From assembly GCA_002189035.1 (NCBI GenBank), contig NEEC01000002.1:1426001-1490000 (forward strand): DNA of 64,000 bases, written 5' to 3'. The position numbers were made by a program, and so were the translations under genes. This document shows positions 25,001-36,363 of this stretch, piece by piece; the first letter of the stretch is position 1; each line of letters starts with the position of its first letter. The notes beneath the pieces were generated by a model that saw only the letters and a program-made list of their open reading frames with translations, had not been told where the DNA came from and did not search any database. This DNA is from Utricularia gibba (taxonomy: Eukaryota > Plantae > Magnoliophyta).

Positions 25001-25748
25001 CTTTACAGAATCGAGTGAAAAACAGAATCAAAGGCGATCGAAGAATTCGATTCAGGTAGTAAGCCTTCAGGTTCAGATGCTATGGATTCCGTTTCGGTAT
25101 TCCGTAATTTCTCTCTCCACAGTCGTGAGTTGGCAGAAGAACGATTGCGCCTACCAGTCAGGGAATATTCCGCTGTCACCCCACATTTTCCGGTATTACA
25201 TTCTCACCCCGCTGACTCCCTCAACGCATTGTTTGTTTCATTACCGCTATTTTACAAACAAACTCCTCTTTAAGAAATAACAAGGAATATTCTCATGACA
25301 ATCATCCAATCAGCTGCTAACACGTGTTCTCACTAAGGAGCATATACACACCACCCCGGTTGCATCTTCACAAGGTGCTGGTGATCCTCCCTTCTGCCCT
25401 CGTCAACCTCCTTGCCTTGCTCCTCATCCAACCTACAGCAAATTCAGGGGAACATCGAACTGTATATCGAGACTGCGGCCGAGAAAGGATATAATTTGAA
25501 CAATGTATTTCAGAAGCATCAAATGAAGTCTCCAATGTAGCTGATGTGGATTGAGAAACATGCATTCATTCCAGAGAGTGGCATGTCCAATCTCCATCTA
25601 CAGTGCAGTGCAGCAACCACCATTTAATTCAGAACCTATTTATTAAATAGCTCCACCCTTACTTGTGGTCCACCATCACTTACTGCTACTTGTCATGTTC
25701 AGATCAAAAGTAGCAATGGACGCACCTGTTGTGTTCAAGGAGCTGCAT

Positions 25749-28138
25749 TTATGTGTGCAACGGGCTTCTTGTGTCACCCCTCACTGCACGGTCAACTAAG
25801 GCCTGAGAGAGTGGGGAGGTTGCTTCACGAAGAGACCCGAGTTCCTGCATAGCATTTCAATGGTTTGGAATGGCAGTCAAGATGGTGTGGAGTGAAGGAG
25901 AAGGGTGCTTACGGATCGATATGATAGTTCATCAGACTCGAGCATGTGAACGATTTGGCTCATCTTGGGTCGCTTGTTGGCGTCCGAGTCTATGCATCGA
26001 AGGCAGATGAGGAGAATCCTTTTCAGAGCTCTTGAACATGGGGGAGAGTCGATGAGGGGATCTACGATCTCTTCACTCCGCCGGCTCGATATCATGGATT
26101 TGACCCAGTCGACCAAATTCATCTGGAAAAAAAATGGCAGAGGAAGAAGATGAGGATCAGGGCTGTTCTGAATGTTGCAAGATGACTGAACTGAGGGTAC
26201 ACCTCTCCTGCTGGTTTTCTGTAGTCGACCGGCGGCCTTCCGGTGATGATTTCCATCAGGAGGACACCAAAGCTGTAGACGTCACTCCTCTCGTTGAGCA
26301 TACCAGTACTAGCGTAGTCCGGAGAGACGTATCTGCAGCGTAGGATGTGTTAGAGTAGCTTCATCATGGAGGACTAAGCACTGATGCTATGAAGGCAAGA
26401 TGAGCACCCAAATGTTCCCATCACTCGGGTTGTAACATAGCCTTTATCAGGTCCCAGAAGCTTGGCTAGTCCAAAATCTGATACTTTTGGATTCCATTTC
26501 CTGTCTAGAAGAATGTTGCTCGATTTCACATCACGGTGCACGACTTTTGGTTCTAGCCCCTCGTGCAAGTATGCCAATCTGCACAACAGAGTAACAGAGT
26601 GCAATATCAAGATACAGATAAACCAGTGAGATTCCTGGATTCGAGTACATTGGCAGCATTTCACAACCTTGCGCATCAAGTCCTGCTGCTATCAGACATT
26701 GATAGGAACAAAATATGAAACGGAACACAGAAAAGACATTGAAGTACACAAATATGGTTCAGCTCTGACCCTCTTGCAGTCCCAATGGCGATTTTCATCC
26801 GGATCTCCCAGGTTAAAGGACTCACAGGGCCAACATCGCCATGCAGCCACTGCTCTAAATTGCCATTGTTAATGTACTCGTACACAAGCAGTCTGATCTC
26901 ATGAGAAAAAACAGCCATCATCAACTAGAAAAATTAAAAAAAAAAAAAAAACTTTTACATCAGAACCCAAGTAAGATACTACCTCTGAGGACCTTCCGCG
27001 CAATAGCCCACCAGACTCACAAGGTTCTTGTGTTTAACCTTTCCAATGGCTTCGACTTCTACTTTAAACTCCTTCTCAGCTTGACCCCTGTCAAACCTTG
27101 TCCTCTTAAGCGTACCATTTTTAACCAAGAAGCCATATCTACCTATTGCTACTGAACCAGCATCTAGCCCATTTTGGTGTGCTACAGAAGCACATGGGTG
27201 GACAGGCAAACTGAGCTCTAGGCTTACTGCTCGCTAAACAGTCTAATAAGCTAGCACTCTATCAGATCCAACCATGACAGTCTGAATATGATCAAGAACG
27301 CAACATCTTACATATAAAAACCGCAAAAATAGAATCAAAGAAAAAGGAAAAGTATATCTACGCTGGAAAAACAGCAGGTGAAAAGAAAAATGATACTACT
27401 GCAAAAGTTAAAAGGTCAAACGTAAAGACATGATTTTGAAGAATCTTGGACCAAACGAAGCTTGTAAAATGGTACTCCCACCAACAAATGACATCTTAGA
27501 AATCCTGTTGACACGAAGTCACCATCGGATACCAGCATTACCGTTTAGGAACACTGCTTGATACTAAACTTAAATTGCATCACGGCCCTGAAAACAAGGA
27601 ATATCAAGTAGCACTTACTTCTTATTCAGAAGATGTTTCACCGCAACGAAAGAGCCATCAGCTAAAACCCCACGATAGACAATCCCATATCCTCCTTCCC
27701 CAATCACGTTTTCGCTAGAAAACTGATCCGTAGCGACTTGAAGCTCTCTCAAGCTATACCACCGACCCCAACCACAGTTCCCACGCCCATCAGTAGAACA
27801 AGAAATCGCCGACGAGGAATCACTCCGTCCCGTAGTACTCTCCGAGCTCCCCCTCTTGCTCGCAACATCACCACCGACACTCGCATCATTATTCACATCT
27901 TGCACATCTCGCTTCTCAGTCCCTGTCTGAACATCCACGCACACAATCGGCACATCCCCAAAGCCCCGTCTAACCCCCACACATCTCCGTCTGGATCGAA
28001 GGAACAAAAAAACCACAAGAAAAACGGCGAGCACAATCACCACGGTAACGAGTATCACAATGTAGAGCCGCAACCCTAGAATCGGAGTTACTGCCCCTAA
28101 AAAACTCCCCCGGAAGAAGAACCACCGGAATCCGCCAT
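25749..28138 (-). CDS. Receptor-like Ser/Thr kinase (At4g34500/At1g01540 type), apparent -1 frameshift after codon ~11
   Basis: TM segment [27 protein letters not shown]; [27 protein letters not shown]; [23 protein letters not shown]; [11 protein letters not shown]; DFGLAKLL; [13 protein letters not shown] frame [13 protein letters not shown] is offset from the kinase frame. Confidence 0.92.
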
Positions 28139-29820
28139 TTTCCAGCACCGGAACAATCAAACAAGTAAAATCCAGAAATCACTCAACACGATAGATTCGC
28201 ATTAACTGTCAGAGAACAACACTTCGACGAGAAAAAAGCGAACAAAGTTAATGACTGAAGCGGAGATGAAAGAGAAAAAATGGCAGGCATCGCTCTGAAG
28301 CTAAGCTCTAAATGCATCCAAGCAGCGAAGCTCCAGCTTCCGAATATTGAAAAAATGGAGGGGGGCAAAAGAAGAAGCGTGCGGCGCGTATGCCTTCCTA
28401 TTGCATCTCCATTGACCAATTTGCCCTCCAGTATATTCCCCCTATAAATAAACACCTCCCTTCATTTAATTCATTTTCATTTATTTAGTGGCAATTTGAG
28501 CAAGAAACCCAACGCAGAAAACGACGTCGTGGCTTTCGCATGAAACAGTAACGTACGATGGGACCCGCCTAACTTCTCCTAGACGTGGATACCTCCAGTG
28601 GGGCCCTCCCAATTGGGGCACCCCCAATTCATTAGGGTCACCTGCAATGTTCGCCTCCGACTCCCAAATTAATAACGTGTTGTCACGTTAACTTAATACC
28701 CAATCCACAAAACAAAAGGTATTGAGAAAATAATATTAATATAATAATATATATTATATTCAAATTCCAATATAATTTATATTAAAAACTATAATTTAAA
28801 AAATAATATGATGGGAACTTTTGATCAAATTAATAAAAAATAGAAATTATAGATATTGTTATTTTAAAAATCTAAAAATATTTTTAAAAAATATGTTTTA
28901 GGATAAAAAGGCATCACGTGTTTTAGGAACTGGTGAATCATAAATCATGATTTGATGTCAAACTGGATATCGATTTCAATTCAAAACCTAAATCATAAAC
29001 TTTGAAACCGAACCAAAACATGAATCAAATCGCATGGTTTCGATTCGAAACCAAAATCACAAAGTTGGAACTAAATGGGAACTGAAACTGTAACTGAATC
29101 TTACTATTTCGATTTAAACTATGGTTTTAAATATTAAAAATAATGTAAAAATAAAAAATATATTTTAGTAACCGACAACACATGTTATTGATGTTTGAAA
29201 ATACTTTCAAAATATCGAATTTTTTACAGGCATACACAACCATCGATATTTGAAAAGCACAAAATGACAATTTTTTTCAGTCATTCACAATATATGACTA
29301 ATAAAAACGATGTTTTTTTACAGTTTTTTTCATGCACTCACAACAACTCATACAAATCATATAAATGTCTTATTCGTCTGTTTCAAATGGGTTGAAACTG
29401 CAGTTTTTGGGCTCCAAAAATGACTAATCGTCCCAAAATCGTACAGTTTTGTAATCTGAGTACAGAAAATCAGAACCTTTATCCAAAACCGAAACTGAAA
29501 ATGAGGTTTTCCATTCGAAATGATTACAACTCTATTACCGGTAGTCATTTTTTAAAGGTGGGGAAGTTGTGAATGAGGCGGATACAGTTTTAAGAGGTTG
29601 GAGCTTCCGTGTGACCTGACAATGAATTTCCATAAATGCATCAATAACTCTCAGTAGGTTGAGCACAATGCTCTCATTCTGCACCTCCTAGTTATGATTC
29701 TGCAAGTTCCACCAGCACTCCCTCGTGCCATTTTCAAGTTGCATCCTCAGCTCTGCCCCACAAGGAGCAGCCTGGGACATTACTACTACAGAGTGGAGTT
29801 CTTGCATATCTTCAATGCAT

Positions 29821-30004
29821 TGCATTGACAACAAAGCGAAAGGTAGAGTAACATTGGGGTGAAGCAGATGAGCGGGGAACAGGAAAAGGGGTTCTGCCAG
29901 GTTTAGCAGAGTGGTGATAGTTAGTGCAGTAAACGACAAAGCAAAAGCTAGACTAACAATGGGGTGAATCAGATGAGCAGAGAATAGAAAAAGATTGGGG
30001 AAAG
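29821..30004. repeat. Diverged two-copy direct repeat, period ~104 bp
   Basis: tgca..acaaagcgaaaggtagagtaacattggggtgaagcagatgagc.. (29821) vs tgca..acaaagcaaaagctagactaacaatggggtgaatcagatgagc.. (29925). Confidence 0.7.
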
Positions 30005-30146
30005 TATCATAGATAGAGCTATGATGAAGCAACCATACCAAATGATTGATTAGGGGCGGGACCGGAGAGTACAGCGATCCCTGCTGCATAGTTAGACAAA
30101 GAAATGTTTACTTTAAAGCGTACGAGTGCAAACATTGAGGATCACA

Positions 30147-30660
30147 TCATTGATCATGCGTGCATACTTTTCTGTAAGCAGAAGATTGGGACTCCTCTCC
30201 AACGTATACAGGAATTGTTGACTGAAGTTCAGATGTCCCGTTCCAATGTCTACGTAGCAAGCAAAGGTTAGCGTCATCAAGGACACCCGACTGAGACCAA
30301 CGGCCTCCCACCCCACAGTTGGGAAGTCTGATGATTTCGAGTATCTGGGCTGAGAAATCAAGCAAAACTCTATCTGAATCATATTTGACATCAGGGGTGT
30401 TAAGCTTTCTTCACCAATATGTCTTTACCTTCCAAGACTTTGCCGCCCCAAATCCAATATGCTGGAAAAATGCACCGGGGACCCATAAACCAGTAGATGG
30501 ATTCCAAATCAAAATGCACCAGAGACGAAGGATACCGCTGCGAGAGCCACCGACTAAAAAAAGAACAAACCTTGATCCGATCGATCAGCAGGATTTTCCC
30601 AATTATCCCCGGCGGCAAATGCTTCCCGATAACCGTCTCCTTCCGCTGCGAAAGTCTCAA
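30147..30660 (-). pseudogene. Decayed F-box / F-box-associated-domain (CPR1-like) gene
   Basis: Fragments in different frames: HLPPGIIGKILL (F-box-like), ILIWNPSTG..HIGFG..KV*, and LLDFSAQILEIIRLP..GVLDDANLCLL. These are FBA-type motifs in the expected order, with large gaps and stops. Confidence 0.45.
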
Positions 30661-30815
30661 TACATTTCCATTTTGCAACGCAACTTTCTCAGTGCTCGCA
30701 TTTCAGCGCTCCCTGAATTTGTACGGACGTCGCTAATGAAACACGCGGTTTATTCTAGCGTTGCTTTAAATAGCCATTTTCGTCTTCGAAAACACAGCGA
30801 GAAGCACACAGAAAG

Positions 30816-32225
30816 ATGATTCGGGGGGTGATTATCATGAACGACAAGGGCAAGCCTCGCCTCGTCAAGTTCTACGAGTTTCAGGTAACTTGGGGAGATA
30901 ATTTAGGTTTCTTTTTTCGATCAATTGATGTAATCCAACCACTAATCGGAGCTTTGATGTGTTAATGTAGCCCGTGGAGAAGCAGCAGGAGTTGATTCGG
31001 AGTATTTACAAAAGTTCGTTCCGATTGTTCCTTTTCCGATCGCAATTTGAACACACGATTTTGTATCGGAGAATTGAATCTCTTCTTGTGTGAAGTTTTG
31101 TGCAGTAGAGCGGAGAACGTTAGCAATTTTGTGAAAGTGGATTCGATCTTTGGCCCGGTAACTGCGATCCGTTTCATTTCCGTCCTTATTCCGATGTGAG
31201 TGGAGCTGGTTAGGGTTCTTGTTGATGAATTGCACTTTGCCCCAGGATGCACGGCTTGTATACAAAACTTTCGCAACGCTGTACTTTGTCTTCATCTTTG
31301 ATGGTTCTGAGAATGAGCTTGCTGTGTTGGATCTGATGCAAGGTTTTGTTTTTCAACGGCTTTAGATTCTTGCATTTTGTTCTCTGTAGACAAGAAACTA
31401 GAGAAAAGTGCTTCAGTAATGTGTGTGAAAGTAATCAGCGTCTCTGCTGGTTCCTTTGTGTTCGTCATCATACCTGCTTTTCATTGCAGTTCTAGTTGAG
31501 ACACTGGACAAGTGCTTCAGTAATGTGTGTGAGCTTGACATTGTGTTCAACTTCAAAAAGGTCAGTCTAGATTCCAGTGTTACTGCTGTTGAAAGGTTTT
31601 GCTTTATAAGCTTTTTGAACTGCTTTTGGAAAATTAGAGAGATTTCAAGTTTCACTGTGAAAACCATAGTCAACAATAAGCACAAACTCTGTGGTTAACT
31701 TGTTATGATTTGAGTTGGGCTTCCTGGATGCACTTTAAAAAGCAGGTTTAGACATACCTAGCCACTGAATCTTACTCTAGAAACTTTGTTAAGCATCATT
31801 TTTTATCTTCCAGTGGATCTGCTGGCTTATTTACTTCATCCATAAAAAATTAAGGCCGAGGCCACTCTTCCCATATGCTGGATCTGTTTGCTGTTTCAGT
31901 CTCCTCTGTCCTGTAAAATGAATTCAGGCACTGTGACCTGATCAGATCAAATGCATGCCTCACTCATTCGCTTTTCCCCTTTCTGCTTCCAGGTTCACAC
32001 CATTTTAGATGAGATCATATTAGGAGGGCAGGTAATCGAGACGAGCTCAACACAAGTAGTGAAGGCAGTCGAAGAAATATCCAAGTTGGTATTCCTGAAT
32101 AACCACAACTCAGTAAACTTTTCTTGATCTTTCTTCACCTGATCACACATATTCTTTCCACTTCTCGTAGGCTGGAAAGCAAATCAAACTCAATCATATC
32201 TTCCATTCCAGGTTGGCAACGTTAA
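30816..32225 (+). CDS. AP3S: AP-3 complex subunit sigma
   Basis: MIRGVIIMNDKGKPRLVKFYEFQPVEKQQELIR, VLCSRAENVSNF, RLVYKTFATLYFVFIFDGSENELAVLDLMQVLVETLDKCFSNVCELDIVFN, VHTILDEIILGGQVIETS, ends PGWQR*. Confidence 0.94.
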
Positions 32226-33053
32226 GCCTCTTCCCTTTTCCATTTCAGAAAGCCAGAGCTGCCGTAACCCCTCCCCCCATATGAGCAATGAACCAGCTTC
32301 TCTTGACTCTGATGCATCTTCCCCCTTGGTGCATAATGTTGAATCCTAGAAATTTTTGCGCCTCGTCTCGTAGTAGCTCATTGCGTACATTGCTGTCTCC
32401 CTATCTTCTCAAAATCACTCAAGTTCTGTTTTTTGAGAATCATTTTTGAATAAAATAAAATCTACATTTTTGTGTTTTTTTTTTAAATTTTAGATATTTT
32501 TTTTACGGGAATTCAATTTTTACTTATTTAAAAGATTTTTTGAGAATTACTGTTTAACGAAGCCGAGCGTCAAAGGGTTTGGTTGGCGGGCGCCCGCGCC
32601 GCCGCACCGGCGCCCCGTAGCTAATTTGTCCTCGTGAGTAGACAAACTCGGGAGGTGCGAAGATGATTTTTTTTTTTCAACCGGGTTGTACGGAATGTAT
32701 AATGATGCGGGCCGGGGGCAGTGCCTGATTGGTCTTCCTCTTCCCCTCTTGTCGTCTTACCCCAAAGCTGCTGTGATTGGTCAAAAGTCTTTATTAACTA
32801 GACTTGAAGCCTCATCAATGCCCGCCATAATAATAATATGTATAGTGCATGGGGGCTGAACCGACCCCTGTGTCCGGTTCGGTGAATTGAACCGAACCGG
32901 TGTTGGTTTGAACACTCGTAAGCCGGCGGTATTGGAATCTTGATTTTCATGATATATTTATTTATCATGTGGATGGGGCGGGGCGTCCACTCTATAAAAA
33001 CCCGCCGGAGCTTCACTTATTCAGTCTCATCAATCAAAGCTCCTCCTGGCCCC

Positions 33054-33428
33054 ATGGCGTCGTTCTCAATGGCGCACTGCCGCGGGTGGACGACGGCGGA
33101 GAACAAGGAATTCGAAGACGCCTTAGCCGTCTACGACGAGGACACGCCCCACCGCTGGGCGAACGTCGCCAGGGCGGTGGGTCGGACTGAGGAGGAGGTG
33201 AAGAGGCACTACGAGATTCTCGTGGAAGACATTACGCACATTGAAAGCGGCGGCGTGCCTTTCCCCCAGTACCTCAACCTCCCGGAGCCGCCGCTGTCAA
33301 ACAGTACCCAACTCACCACTTCCATGTTGTTCACACAGACCCATGTTGCGAGCGAGACCAGTGCGAGAAAGTGGGCCCCTGCCAACTATCGTAGATCTGC
33401 GCCGCCGGCTGGGAAATCCTCGTTATGA
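33054..33428 (+). CDS. RADIALIS-like single-SANT MYB protein
   Basis: [66 protein letters not shown]-like CTATAAAA near 32992. C-terminal end uncertain. Confidence 0.9.
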   Translation: MASFSMAHCRGWTTAENKEFEDALAVYDEDTPHRWANVARAVGRTEEEVKRHYEILVEDITHIESGGVPFPQYLNLPEPPLSNSTQLTTSMLFTQTHVASETSARKWAPANYRRSAPPAGKSSL

Positions 33429-33448
33429 TCAACGGCGAGTTGGCTGAG

Positions 33449-33472
33449 TCTCTCTCTCTCTCTCTCTCTCTC
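33449..33472. repeat. (TC)12 microsatellite
   Basis: Read directly from sequence. Confidence 0.9.
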
Positions 33473-34480
33473 TTTTTCTTCTTTTTTTTTTGTTAAAAAA
33501 ATTGCAGATGCAACAAATCTCCATGGCTGTCGCTGCTCAACATTCCGAATTGGGAACAAAACAGCCTTTGTGGCGCCGCATTTTTCCTTTCGGGTTTGCG
33601 GCCAACGTTTTGGACATTAAATTCGCATCACAAAACACACGAAATGAAATCAAACCACCACAGAGCCGCATACCCAGAATTGCGATGAAGCCCTTTTTCC
33701 GTCATGAGCGTGATCGGTCATGAGGAGGGGTCCCCTAAATTTATCCATCTTCTGGGTTACTGGGGGTGTTGTCGGCAGGGTGCTCCAGCTGACACGTCAC
33801 CCAACCCCCACGCTGCCACGCCGATGAACCCAGGACTCGCTACAAGACACCACCCCGCCGTCCAGATCCACATCGGGGTGGGTTCATATGTTAGACCCGG
33901 GCCTCAGCTTCCTTTGGATTTGATGAGGTGCAGGTGCAGGGGCAGGTGCAAAGAACCCCTACGCCAATGTAGGCAGCCTGGCAAGTTGGTCTGCGAATCT
34001 TGATTATTTTAGTCCAAAGGAAACAGAAAAAGGGCAGAAGGGGTCCCTGCCGAATGCAGACAAACACTGCAACCAGAAGAAGAAGGCTCTCTGGGACACC
34101 ACCAGCACCAGCTGCATTTAAACATTACCGGTACTGCAATGGATGGATACTGCTCACGTAACGACAGTAACAAAAAAAGCTTCATGGCCAAACTAGGGAT
34201 GCGAGATTCTCCTCGTGGCTTTAAACAAAACGCGATGCAAATAAAAGTTACAAACCCTTGTACAATTCTTGGCTGTCCTCGTGGCTGAGAAATGGAGGCC
34301 AGACAGATGAGGCTCAGCCATCACCGCCGCATCGTCCCCTCCAATATATTGCATTGCCTGTGCGTGTGTGCTCGGGAAGATCACTCGTATTTGCATAAGT
34401 GAGAAGTGCATTTCCACTTTTACGCTTGGAGATAAAGAACAGAAGCCAGAGTGGGCTGGGCCCATTAGCCCACTGTACGG

Positions 34481-35261
34481 CTAGGTCTGGTTAGAACAAT
34501 ACGGCGATGAAGCAGATCGGCACGATAACCAGGGACAAAACTCTGATCCAACAGTCCTTTGATTCTTCAGCTTGTGCGCCCGGTGAAGCTCCTTCCTTCC
34601 TTGGTTGAAGTACGATCCGGCATTCATCACATTCATCTCGTGTCTCATTCGTATGCCCTCCCCCTGAGTTCCCACCATCACATCCGTGTCGAGAAACAGT
34701 TGCTGCAATTCGACTAAGATTTTCTGGATGGCTTTCACGGCCTCGTGCCTTTCAAGATTCTCCTCCAGGACATCTCCCTTGCCTTCAGGAAAGATACGAC
34801 CCACAGTCCCTCCTCCTTCCAGTGCGATCTTCTAGATCGTTTCATCGCTCGCTTGCTCCCCTGTAGCAGCCAAGTATTTTCTCTGGAGGAACTCTTTGTG
34901 ATCAGATGCAACTTTCAGTAACCACTCCGGTTGTCGATGGTCGTTTCTCCAGAGATTCTAACCGGGATTTGACCCCCTTGGCCTTTCTGAGCACCATCAT
35001 TATATCGGAATTGATCCCATCTCTTACCCCACGCAATGTTCTTGGACTTTCGGCAGATGTCTTGGATTCATTGAGTTCTTGAAGATCGATTAGTAGACAC
35101 TTGGATCGCATTGGCTTCTTCGAAAAAGATGGACAGATTCTTCTGCTCTGATGAAGTGAGCTGCCCCATCCCCGCATCTGGTACATTCGCCTCGAGATCT
35201 CTCATCCCCTGCTTCTTCAGATCCACAAACTCACAAAGGATCTCGTCATTAGATCGTTCAT
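34481..35261 (-). pseudogene. Syntaxin SYP112-like (Qa-SNARE) pseudogene
   Basis: MNDLMTRSF../FVDLKKQ..DLEA; NLSIFFEE; LLIDLQELNE..LRGVRD; RKYLAATGEQAS; ERHEAVKAIQK.L..LQQLFLD...MV.TQGE. At least 3 frame changes, internal deletions and an in-frame TAG at 34832-34834. Confidence 0.85.
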
Positions 35262-35368
35262 CTCCCCTTCGATTCCACATGCAAAAAGGTGGAATACTCG
35301 AATTCACTCAGATCCGCGCACAAATAAAACATCGTTCTCACCTGAAGAAACCCGCAGCTCTCAGATGT

Positions 35369-35392
35369 GAAGAAGAAGAAGAAGAAGAAGAA
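35369..35392. repeat. (GAA)8 microsatellite
   Basis: Read directly from sequence. Confidence 0.9.
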
Positions 35393-35947
35393 CCAAGAAA
35401 ATAGTAGAAAGATGAGGTTTCCATTGCCGCTGATCTTTCAAAGTCAGGTAGCCGTTACAAGTCGCAACCTCTTGGGCCCGAGTCCTACACTATGGGCCTT
35501 GCGGGGAGAAGCCCATTACAATAGCCAGCCCAGAAAGCCTCCTTCCCTTGTATTATATATATAACCTCGTGCTCATTGCTTGAAAGAGAAGGGCGTTTTC
35601 GTCATTGTACGGCCACATACAAAATGAAAATGAAAGAATGATGCTACTCTAAAGTGGGTCCCAGTGGCATTTAGGTCAATCGCTGTCGACTCATGAAGAT
35701 ACCGACGCTGTTGGGCAGCACACCACCAAATTTTAGGTATAAAACTTTGAATGATCAGATTTGTAAATGATTTTCAAAATCATTCGGCTCAAAATTTTGG
35801 ATTTTTTATATAATTTGAAAACCTAACTTTTATTTCGATTAAGGATTCAGATGTATATTTGGTATATGAATTTAAAAGATGAAATTAAAAAAACATGTAT
35901 TATTTTATTTATTTTTTTACTATTCTTCACATCAAGTCTCCGCTAGC

Positions 35948-36168
35948 CACGTGCGGCAATAAGTTCAAAAAATAATAAATACGTATAAAAATAGGGAAAG
36001 GATGAGAGCGACCGCAGGGATCCAGAAGCAAGAAGCGGGCAGTCCCGCCTCAGCCCGCTCTAAGCACGTACCTTGCTTCACCGATCACGCGCGGTGCACG
36101 TTCAGACAGCTGCGTTGACGTGGCGCAGACAACCACGTCAGCAAGGTGAAAGACGGGCCGCCACGTGG
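35948..36168 (+). promoter_or_regulatory. G-box/ACGT-core cluster upstream of BRUTUS
   Basis: CACGTG 35948 and 36162 (within GCCACGTGGC), CACGTA 36065, TGACGTGG 36116, CCACGTCA 36133. Confidence 0.55.
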
Positions 36169-36363
36169 CGTCGTTTATTTATCTAACCGCCCCGCGGTTA
36201 CGGTTCAGTTTATTTGTTTTTTCGAGTTCCGGGATACTGTATTGCCCTCTCTCTCTCTCTCTTCTCTCTTTTTTTAATCTTTTTTATTAAACGGATAGAA
36301 ATAGCGAATTTTCTGGAGAAGTTGGAACCAGGCGACGACCTTCTGGAGAAGGAGAAGAAGGAG

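Noticed and set aside
28960-29550. AAACCGAA/GAACCG-rich AT tract (similar motifs near 32870 and 45400-45700) as a MITE
   Set aside because: No terminal inverted repeats or target-site duplication could be defined; at most unclassifiable remnants.
33704-34465. Short Cys- or APAPAP-containing ORFs between the RAD-like gene and the syntaxin relic
   Set aside because: No recognisable family motif, and the introns needed to join them would be implausibly short (~46 nt).
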